Of a DNA stretch of 64,000 bases, positions 36,801 to 48,800 are shown one piece after another. Position numbers and translations under genes: made by a program. The notes under the pieces are model-generated. The model made no database searches. It worked only from the letters and a program-made list of their open reading frames with translations, and was not told where the DNA came from. The DNA is from a virus, in IMG/VR virus record IMGVR_UViG_3300029309_000001, positions 1 through 64,000 of that record; one strand, given 5' to 3'. Within the stretch, counting starts at the first letter, position 1. Each line of letters begins with the position of its first letter.

Positions 36801-39800
36801 TATTGCAGCTTCATATGGTTCACCATTTTTAGCTACATAATCTTTATATTCTTTTAATGTAACAGGTAAACCTAAACTTTGAAGAGCACCATAAAGATCT
36901 TCGTTTTTATTATATAGTTTTACTATTTGTTCATCTGTAATTTGATCATTAAGTTGTATAATATAATTTATTACTCTTACATCATAAGCTTTATTAAACG
37001 CGTTTACATTAAGAGTTATTTGATTAGCTGTTTCTCTAGCCATATTATCTTGCATCATTTCTATTTCTTCTGCATCTAAAAATGGTGAATCTGTAGTTGA
37101 CCAATTAACAATAGCTTCATTTATAGGAGAACCTTTTTTATTTGCTTGAGAAATAACATATCTAATATAATCTACATATCTATCTTTTTCTGTAATACCT
37201 TTACCGTATTCTTGAAACTGTCCTTTCTTGTAATAGAATTCTTTTAATGCTGTATATAACTTATCAATATCAAAGTCAGCTCCAGATATTTCTATTAACT
37301 CTTTAGGGAACATTGCAGTAGATCCATAATATACAGGTAAAAAATCTACTAATCTTAAACTTATAGCAGAGTGTTTATCTTGAGATGGAATACGTATACC
37401 AAGTGCTTCTGCTACAACTTGAGGTATTGTATCTCCAGGTTTAATAAATTTTTGAACTTCCCTATGATGAGGAGCCATCATAAACTCACTATAATAAGTT
37501 TTTGTTTTAGGATCATATACATTATGTTGTAACTCTTGTAATATTACATCACCTATTTTAAGATCTACAAATTTATCATTTACAAATTTATCAACAGGTT
37601 TATATTTAGAAGGATTCTTTTTATATGCATCCATTCTAATTATTTCAGTTTCAAGAGGTTGTCCATTTTCATCTAATTTTTTAACTACTCTCATTACTTT
37701 TGATCCATAACTAGATGCTAATGCTAATGATACACCATGTTGTTTACCAGCTAATATACCTTTACTAAAGTATGCTAAAAATAATTGTTGAAATTTTTCT
37801 ATTGTAATAGGATTGTTTAAATCATACTTAGGGTTACCTGCCTCATCAAATGAAAAGAATTCTAACATTTGAGTTTTTGCTTGTGATGATTCTAATCCTG
37901 CCAATGCATAACGTAAAAATGATCTAAGATTAGGTGTTGTTTTTCCTAAATCTTTACTTTTACCTATTTCATCAAGAGCTGTACCCATATCAAATACTAA
38001 GTTTCTTCTATTTTTAAATCGTAATATAGTTTGTGCAGAAACAGATTTATTATATGCTTCTCTTACTTCACTTAGTTTTGTTGTTTTTCCATTTATAACA
38101 ACCTCTACATTATCAGATTGTTCACTTAAAACTAATTGTTTCATTTGACGTGGATCAACAATTTCTATTTTGTTAGATGGATTTACTACTTGTAATCTCA
38201 TAAACTTAGGATTTAATCCTGTGTCTATTTTTCTATCTCCATATTCTAATTGTAATTCTTCTATAGATTTGTTACTGTACATTTCATCTGCAGATATAAC
38301 ATTCTTTTTCATCATTTTAGAACCTGATGTAGGAATAGCTAAAGCTACAGTTTCTTTACCTTTTTCAAAATTTTCCATCTTCATTCTAAGGTTATGAAGT
38401 TCTTCCATTTGAGGTAAAGGTTGCCATTGTCCAAATCTATCTTTATATGATGTAAGTTCAGGAGTTAAAACAAAGAAAGACATTTTTAAATATGTTTGTC
38501 CATCTCCATATACAAACTTTTTAGAATTTATAAGAGCATTTAATTTTTTATAACCTTCAGTTCCTAATGCTACATTACCCCACATTTCATCTACACCAAT
38601 AGGTTCACCAGTTTGAATCTTATCTAAAAGATTAGCTTGTTCTATAGATAATCTACCTATACCAAAAAACATATATCTAAATGCTTTAACAGTACCAACC
38701 ATAAATGCATCTGTTTCATCAGTTGTTGTTCCAGCAAATTTATTTATAGATTGAGGATCATGATAAGTAAATAAACTGATACTATCATTACTATTAAATG
38801 TATGAGTAATACCTAAAGAAGGAGCTGTTAAAGCAGAAGCTGCATTAGGACCTGCTGCATTTTGCATTTTAGCTCTTTTACTTTCATCAGTAAATGAAGT
38901 AAATAAACGTGCATGATCACCTAATAATACATCATTCATAGATCTAGCATTTATAAATTGATGCATGTATATTTGTAATAAGTTATAATCTAAATCATTT
39001 TCTTTTAGATTAAATAATTTCATTGCCTCTCTACCTTTTTTAGTTACTTGATAAAATGACTTACCTCTTTTTCCTTTTTGAGGTCTTACCATTGTTCCTA
39101 AACCTTCTTTAATTTCTACACTTATTTTATCTAAAGCTTTTGTATTAGTTAACAAACGTCTAAAATCAAAAAAATCAACTAGCATTCTTTCTTCTATAAT
39201 GTCTTTTAATTTGTCTTCACCTATTCTTTCTACTGCTTGATCAAAATTTAAACCTTCTTTAGCAGCATTAATTAAAGTCTCTTCTATAAAATTGTCTGAC
39301 TCAAAGAATTCTACTTGTTGTTCTGTCCCTTCTGTTGTTTGAACTTCTTCAACACCTGTTTCTATATTAGCTTCTTCTGCTGTATCTGCTGTTATAAATT
39401 CATATGCATATAAATTTAAACCATTAAAAAATTTAGCATCTTCTAATCTTTGGAAATAATAAGTTGTATTATCTATTTTTGCTGTGTTTTGTTTTTTCTT
39501 TCCAGCAATAGGTTTTTTACTTACAGCATCTCCTAATTGATCAATGTAAGCTAAAGGATCTATGTTAGATACAGAAACTAAACCTCTATTTTTAACAACA
39601 ACGTTTGCATATTTAGTTTCATTATCAACTTTATATGGTAATAATACAGATGCTTGTTCACCTGCTGGTAAATTTATTTTAGCTTGAGCTTTACCTGATC
39701 TTAATATTATTTTTTGTTTGTTGTTAACAATATCATTAGCAGTTTGATTAGACATTTTAGGTGCTTGTATATCTACTAGTGCTTTAATTTTAGACTTTCT

Positions 39801-42800
39801 TTTAGTAATAAAACCTTTTGATCTTACAAATCTTTTACCTCTATGTCCAACTTCAACACCTTTTTTAATTTTACTTGTGTTAAATAATTCTATTGTATCT
39901 GTTTCAGCAGTATTAGGATCTAGTTCTTTCTTAACTCTATTATATTCTGATTGCAATAAATTATAAACTAAAGCGTTTAATGCTTTATCTGTAAGTTTTA
40001 AATCACCTGCATCATCTTGTTCTACAAATTTTTCAACTGGTAATGCTACAAAATCATTTGTACTAGCATCAGACATTACTTTTAAATCTATAGGTGCTTC
40101 AATATATTTATCATCTTTACCTGTCTCATTATTAAAGTAATCATTTAATGGAACCTCTTGATTTGTTCTATTGTATTTTTCTACATAAGAATTAATTACT
40201 ACTGCTGCAAATTCTGCAGAAGATGAATCACCAAATGATACACCTGCTTTTTGATTTATAGATAAACCTCTATTTTCAACAACAGTTCCAAATTCATTTT
40301 CATCTAACTGACCTTCTTTAGATCCAATAAATCTAGTTACTTTTAATTTACCTTCTCCAACTAAAGCTAAAAACTTATCATTGTTTAGTAAATAGTTTTT
40401 ATTAAAAAATGTATTTTCTTTTATTTTTGTTTGTGCCCAATCTTTAGCATTCATCTCTGCTACTTTAACTAAATGGAATGTAGGCATTTGATGAGCATAT
40501 ATAAAATTACCTTTTGAATCTCTAAATACTGTAGCTCCTACACTCTCATCAAAGAAAGAATTTGTATTAGCTAATTTTCTTAATCTACTTCTTACTCCTG
40601 TGCTTTCTGGTAATTCTTCTGCAGTATTTTGTTCTTGAATTTCATTTTCTGGTATATTAGTTTGATTATCTAAAAAAAGATTTTCACCTCTTGATATTGA
40701 ATTTCTTATTTCAGTAATATCTTCTGCAGAGATTGGATCAGCTCCAGCAGCTATTCCTAATTCAACAATAGCATCTTCCCATTTTTTTCTAATAGGTTTA
40801 TTAGAAAGCATACTATACTTTATAGTTTCTGCATTTATTTGTATTCCAAGCAAGTCATATAAATTTTTAGATGCATTTTTAGCTTCTTCATCTAATTTTT
40901 GTCTGCTTCTTTCTTTTGGATTTACTAATTTAGATCTAAATAAATTAAGAAAATCAACAGCTTTTTTATTACCAGCATTAGAAAGTAGTTGTGGATATAC
41001 TTGTTCAAAATGTTCTGACCATTGATCTAACTGCATATTTCCATCATCTTTTTTATTAGCAGCATAAATATATACAACACCTGTTTCTGCATCTTTGTGG
41101 TTCATCATATAATCAACTTTGAATTGATTAAAACCTTTAATAACTTTTTGTAAGAAATTAGGATTAGCAACTGCTGGTAATGTTTCTAAATCTAATAATT
41201 CACTAGGATCATTTATTCCTATTTCTTTAAATATATTATTAACAACAGCGGCTGTATGTACATTTGTAGAACTAAATGTAGCTAAAGCTTGTAACATTTG
41301 TAAATCAGTTGTTTTATTTGCTAAAGCTTTTAGTATACCATTGTATGCAAAATTATAATCAACAGTTGTTACAATAGGAATACCATCTAAAGTTTCTTTA
41401 TTACCAAATAAATCTTGTTCTTCTAATACTGTTGTAGCAATAAATTCTCTTAACATTTGTGGTAAAGAAGTATAACCACCTATTTGATTTGCAGTTTTAC
41501 CATATTCATCTACTCTTCTTACATTAGTTTCATCTAAATTTTCATGATCTTCAAAAGCTTCTTGCTCTAAATTAAATGTATTATCAAATGTACTTAAATA
41601 TTGACTAACATTTTCTGCAATAATATCTCTATTATCTTTTAAAGAATTGTAATATGATTTAAGTTTTCTTTTAATACTTTTATAAGCTAAACCATTTTGT
41701 TCTGATAAATAAAAATCTCTTCTTGGATTTAAAAGTTTTATATAATCAGATATAGCTTTATCTAATATTTCTTTTTTAGATAATGAAAGTAAGTCTCCTC
41801 TTTCTATATAACTTCTATATAATGAAGCAATAGTTGCAATCATTTTTCTTTGATCATTGGCAGTCATATATGTATTTGCTAATGATACAATTTCTTGTCC
41901 AGTAAATGGATCTACATAACTATAAGGATAACTATCTATAGGAATTACTTTAGGTGCAGCTGAAGTTGTACCATTCTCAACCATTTCTGATGTAAACCTA
42001 TTATTTTGTACTGATGCTGTTTTATATTTACCTGCATCAATATTTTCAAATAAAGTAGTTAATTCATTTTTAGTAAAGTTTTTAATAACGGCTTTAATCC
42101 ATTCTATAATTCTATTAAATAAACTTTTAACTTCAGAATTAGTTTTTGTACTTTTTGCATTAATTTTAAATTCTTCAAACTTATCTGCTAAATATTCTTC
42201 ATATAATCTTTCTTCTAATTGTTCTCTTGTTAAATTATTATAAATACTATGAGATGATTTAAGTTCATTAAGAGCTTGAGATAATGTTTTACCTTCAGAT
42301 CTTAACTGTACACGTTTTTCTTTTTTAGCTATAGCAAGATATTTTTTAATTTCAGCTTCAGACAATAACATTCTAAATACACCGTGAAAAGCTTCATGAT
42401 ATTTAAATGGTGTTTGTGCACCAACATATATATTTCCTTCTATATTATTTGCTAAACTATTTAATTCTAAAACAAACATACCTGCAGTTTTACCATTTCC
42501 TTTTAATCTAGCAGATAAATCTTGTATATCTTGTATTTGAATAAACTCTGGTAAATTAGTTTTTGCCCATGAAATAAAAGTATCAATTTTTTCAATATGT
42601 TCTTCACCAAATCTTATTTGATCTACAGTTTTTGGTGCAAGCTTCTTTTTAAGATCTTGTATCTGTCTATCATAATCTTTAAGTGTAAAATCATTATCTT
42701 CAGCTTCTTGTGCTGCTTTATTAGCTTCTCTTATTTGTTCTGGTGTAGCTTTAGATCTATCAGGAACAACATTATTAAATGCATCATTAAAAATTTTATC

Positions 42801-45800
42801 TGCATAATCTTCTCTTTGTTGTTCTAGTTCTTCAAGCTTTTCATATGTTTTTTTACTTTCTGATTTTTCAACAGATGTAGTAGCTGATGTTGAATCTACA
42901 TCTAAAGATGCTCCTTCTTCTATAACACCAGATTGATAAGTAAGTTTTAATAAATTAATAGATTCTCTTATATCAGGATTTTTTTTGTTTTGATATATAG
43001 TACGTTCTGCATTAGATAGATTTTCTCCTTTAGCTAATTTTCTTGCTATTAAAGTTATTGTTGCTTCTTCAACATTTTGATAATCATTTTTAAACAGCTC
43101 TCTCATATACTCTGGAGTAAGTTCAGGAGAATCCATTTCAGCATTTAACATTACTTGATCAGTATCATTAATAGCATCTTGAACATCTTTAGTTAAACCC
43201 TCTGGTAATACTGAACTATTAATAACATTATTAATTTGAGCTGAATCAGCAATAACTGCTTCTAATCTAATATTACTTCTTAATGGTTTTTGAAAATTAG
43301 TAAGAGTATTAGAAAGATCTTGTATTGTTGCTTCTTTAGGTATAGATTTTCTAAAGTTATCTTTATTTAATTTTAATTTAAGTTTAACATCTGTTGATGC
43401 TTCTTTAAATTTAATTTTATTATTTATTGCTTGTACAAATGCATTAAAAGGATTTGTATTTTCTTTAACCCCTTTTACATCGTTTTCATTAATTGTAAAA
43501 GTTTGTTTTAAAGGTTTTCCATTTTTATCTTTTCTTTTAGTACTTCTATAGATAACTTGTATATCACCTCTTGCTGTAACTTCTATATCAATAAATTCTC
43601 CAGACTTTCCAAATATATAAAACTCATCTTTTAGTTGTTCATTAAATGCAAAATTTCTTGTATCACTAACTACTTCATCTGCATCATTGATATTTTCTTG
43701 TATTGTTTCATCTTGAGTGTTAAGTATTTTTAACACCATATCATTTTGTTCTTCAGCAGTTAATTGATCTGCTTTTAATTCAACAAAAGTAAATGTTCCG
43801 TTATCTAATCTAGTTACTGCAACATATCTACTTAATGTATAAGCAGGATTATAACCTGTTTGTTCAGAAGCAGCTTCTGCTATAGCAGCTGTTTTATTGT
43901 ATAATTCATCATCAGTAATATTTGTAATAACACCACCTTTACCATCACTACGGTTATCTAAAATCCAAAAATTACCTTTATCATCTATTGTATTTTTAAC
44001 TAGTTCTGAAAATGTTGCTGCATTATCTTTAGTAGCATACATCATTTTACCAGGAGATACTCTTAAATTTAAACCTTTTATATTATTTACATTAACAACT
44101 ACTTCTGTTTCTCCTCCTAATAATTCTTTTAACTTATCATTTAATAAAATGCTGCTAGCATAATTATTTTTAATTATTTGTAATTGTTCTGCTTTAGTTC
44201 TTGTTTGAGTTTTAGTTGTATTATAAATTTCAAAATACTCATCTACTTGATCTTCTGTAAGATTTAAAGGATTAACTACATTTTTTAATGTATTATCTAA
44301 TAAAACAGCTCCTGTTGGCCCTTGTAAAAATCCTAGTATTTCTTCACCATTCATAACAGCAACAGTAAGTTCTTCACCACCTATTCTTAACTTAGGATTT
44401 TTAAATTCTGTAGTTCCTAATTCTGGTAAAGCTCCACCAGGAGTTTCTTTAAAACTTTCAAAATTTGCATTTCTAGAAACTTTAAGTTTTAAATCATTAA
44501 GTTGTTCAGGAGTTAATTCTTTTAACCTATCACTTAATCTAACTTCAGCATCTTGTGCACTTTCATTATCTTGTCTAAAAGCATACATTTTAATTGGTTC
44601 AGATTGTCTAAGCTTTAAAATGTTTTGTTCTTTTGTAGTAGCTTTCAAACTTGTAGTATCTAAAGGTCTATATAAACCTATATCATCTACTTGAAAACTT
44701 GTTTTTCTATCATTAGCAGTTTCTAATGGACGTAAATATAATTTACCACCTTTAGCAAATGATGTTGGTGTAGTTATTACTATAAACTGATTATCATTAT
44801 TATCAAGTAATATTTGTTTAAAATGTAAATCTTGTCCTTGAAATGTAAATGTACTGTTATCAGGGAGAAGACCTACAATAAATTTTTGAGCAGCTATAGC
44901 TTCTGCTTCTGTTAAATAATTATCTCTTAAAATTTTACCATTAGGATCTACACTTTTATATTGTTCATAAAGATTTGTCTTTAAATCATTACCAACTAAT
45001 TCATAATAAAAACTATCATCATCTTGACTTTGACCAGATACTAATTTTTTCATTATATTAACACCTTGTTCAGAAGATATTAATTCATCACCTGCTCTTT
45101 TAGCATCTTGTAAATTTTCTTCTGATACAGCGTCAGCATTTGTTATTACATAATCAGTATATGTACCTCCTTTAGAATTTATAATACTATATACTTCTGG
45201 AGATCTTTTATTTTCAAATAACCATGCATCAAAAGATTTTTCATTTCTTTGATCAGCAGTTAAATTAGTATTGTAATAATTTAATAATTCATTTCTTACT
45301 TCTTTTATTTGTTTAGCTTCTTTGCTGTTTTGCCATTCTTCCCAACTTAAAATTTTACCTTTTTGTCCTGTACTATTTTTAACATAATTTTTCCATTTAG
45401 AAATTAATACAGCATTTGTTTCTTCTGTTATAGTAGTTGGAGTTTCTACTGATCTAGCTAATTCATCAAACTGATCATTCTGTGTTATTTCATCTTCATT
45501 AAGTGCATCACCAGCTTCTACTGTAGATTCTGAAGCATCAGTTTTTTGCCAAGTTTTAATTAAGTTTTGTATAGTATCCCATTTTTCTCTATTATCTGTA
45601 GGGGTAACTTGTCCAGCTTCTGAATGAAATATAGTTGGTATTATACCTTCTTTAAAAAATAAAACAACTTGTTCTGCATCTGGATATACTCCTTGACCTG
45701 CTAATTGATTTATTAATTCATTCTTTTCTAAATCTGAAACATGTTTCTTTACAAGTTTTTCAACTCTTGCTTGATTAGTATCATACAGTGCTTTTAATCT

Positions 45801-48800
45801 TTCAGCAATTCTTTCAGCTACTAAATTCATTGCACCAGGATTAGTAATATTTTCAATAGCTCTAAAGTATTGTTGAGACCTTCCTTGTAAAAATTTATAG
45901 TCTACTATATCTTTTAATACTTCTTCTAAACTTTCTGATGTAATAAATTCTCCTTTTTGTTCTGCTAAGAAATTTAAATAAGCCATAAAGCTTGGTTTTA
46001 ATTTTCCTATCTTTCTTCTATCAAAAGTACCAACCCTTTTACTAGGACTAATTTTTGCTTTAAATCTTTTACCACCAATTTCTATAATGTTATCTCCTTG
46101 CACATCTGAACCTACTTCTTCATATTCTACTTCAGCACCTAATATAATATCAGTACCATCCTTATTAGTAGGAACAAAATTTTCTGGACTAGTTATAACA
46201 TCAAGGTAATTTTTTAATAATTTTAATTTTTCTTTTTTTGTTTCAATTAATTCATTTTGTTCTGCTGTTGTTGCTTCTACTGCTATTTCAGACTCTAACA
46301 TTTCTATTTCTGTCTTAAGAGCTTTAAGATCTAAAAGAACACTGATGTCTGAAGAGTTCATATTACTTATAGCAGAATCGTTTGATAATCTTTGAAATAT
46401 ACTATTGTTTCTTTCTAATGCTCTTTTAAATGTTTCTTCAGTATACATCATAAGTTTTGTAGAATGATCCCAAGCTATTTGTCTAAGAGCTTCTTCATTA
46501 TATTCTTTACTACCTTGTGTATATTGTGATGCATCAAACGGATTAGGATATTTATCTTTTACAAGAGTATATGCATTTTCATATATATCTATTTTATTAT
46601 TAAACTTATCTATTCTTTCTCTTAGCTTACCATTTTTTACTTCATTTTTAAATTCTGGAAATGCAGCTTTTAATTCTTTATCAGACATTTTTAACCAATC
46701 AGTAAGTAAACCTTTAAATTCAGTATTTGTTCCAGTTTCAAATAAATAATGTAATTGAGAAAAATAAGCTTGATCTTTGTCATCCATAAAAGATAACATA
46801 TCTGAAGCATATGAAGATTCTAATAATCTTTGATTTAATTGTTTTTGTTCTGTTGCATTTAATCTTGTTTTACCAAATAATCTCATTGGATCTTCTGCAA
46901 GATTATTAAAAGCATCAATTGCTTTTTCTAAGTAAGCTTCTTTATTTTTTTTGTATTCTTGATATTTTGCTTGTGTTTCTTGACTCCCATAATTACCTTT
47001 TGTCCATTGATATAGTCTAGGTAAATATTCTGTAAATGTTCTTTGTACAGGTTGCACTAACCCGCCCATTAAAAATCCAGACATAAATACTTCAAATCCT
47101 TGTGGGCTTATTTGTGCTTTAATTGCATCATTTAAACTGGCATCAAATAAAGTACTTGTTACTTGTGATGGATCTAAAAATAAACCAGTATAATAATCTT
47201 CTGCTGTTTTAGCAATTACTTCTTGAGATATTTCTTGAAAACCTTCTGCAAAATTAGCACCTGTATATCTTAATGCAAAAGCACCTGCAGCACCAAGACC
47301 TCCTTTAATACCTCTGTTTTTTAATCTTTGTAAAAAAGTTGCTCCTCCATCATATGCAATTCTTCCTCCAAGATCACCCGCTTCTTTTGCAGCTCTTGAT
47401 TGAGCTGGTCCTACTTTACTATTAGCAAATATTCTTTTACCCATACCACGTTGATGTCTTGCTAATAATCTTCCTAATCCACCTGGCATACCTCTAAGTA
47501 TTGTACCTAATACAATTCTATTTGACATATATATTAATGGTGCATTTGCTGTTACAGTAGCACTAGATGCAGCAAGAGCTTTTTGTTGAATATCTTCTAA
47601 TTTTTCCATAGGTGGTTTTTCACCATTAACTCTTACATAATCATGATAAAGTTTATCTATCATTTCATTGTATACTATACCTCCTTCTAATTTAGATTCT
47701 GCTATAGCAAGATTTATTTCTCTAAAGTCTCTATAAAAACCACCAAATGTATTATTAATACTTTTAACATTATGTAAACCACGCAATGTACCTTTAGTAG
47801 TATTAAGAGTTCTAAGGGCATGCATAGTATTAGGAGCTAGAAAATTTAAAGCACCTCTTCCAGTAACACTAAAAAACTGTCTTGCATTTTCTATTTGTTT
47901 AAGATCTTGCATAAGTTGTGCACCTGCACGTATTCTACTTCCTCCTGGTACATTAAAAAAACTTTGTTTTAACGCATCTCTGTATCTACCACCAAAACCT
48001 GTAAATGCTTTTCCAAGTCTACCTACATTAAACGCAGTTCTTGATGCTGCTGCTGGAGCCGCACCTCCTCCTGAAAGTGCTGTAACACCTGCTAATACTA
48101 TTTCTTCTGCAGCAATATTTGCAATAATACCAAATGTATATCCTGAGTTTAATAAAAATCTATTTGTAAATCCTCCTAAACCTTTTTTAGAAGAATTACC
48201 TATACGCATAGCATCAACAAAAGCTTGACCTCCATCTGTATCAGCACCTGTATAATTACCACTCATCCAATCTCCTATAGCATCATATGTAGATGTAAAA
48301 CCTGTTTGAAAAGTATTCCACATCTGTTTTCTAGCTCTTTGATTCTCATCCCAAAATGTAGCTTTAGAATTATATATTTCTTCATTATTCCTATAAGGAT
48401 GAAATCCTAATTGATCATATAAATTACTAGCATAAAATCTATCAAAATTTGTTTCTCTAATCCCCCACTCCATATCTGGTCTATAACCTGGAGCAGATGC
48501 ATTTTTATTTGGAGTAGTCATTGCATCATAAAATCCTTGTTGTAAGAATTTTGCTTTACCATCTTTTGTAGTTAAATCTGCTGGTGTATTTTGTTCATAA
48601 GGATTATATGTTTGAGTTGCTAATCCTGGTTGTGGCATTCTAATATTATTTAAACCAGTAATAGGTGCTACACTATTAATAGGAATAGAAGCCTGTTTTA
48701 GCATTGATTCAAAAATAGGATCAGGACGCATTAAAGCAGAAAGATCACCTGGAGTATTAGGTTGTGTATATACATCTACCACATCTTCAAAATTAATATC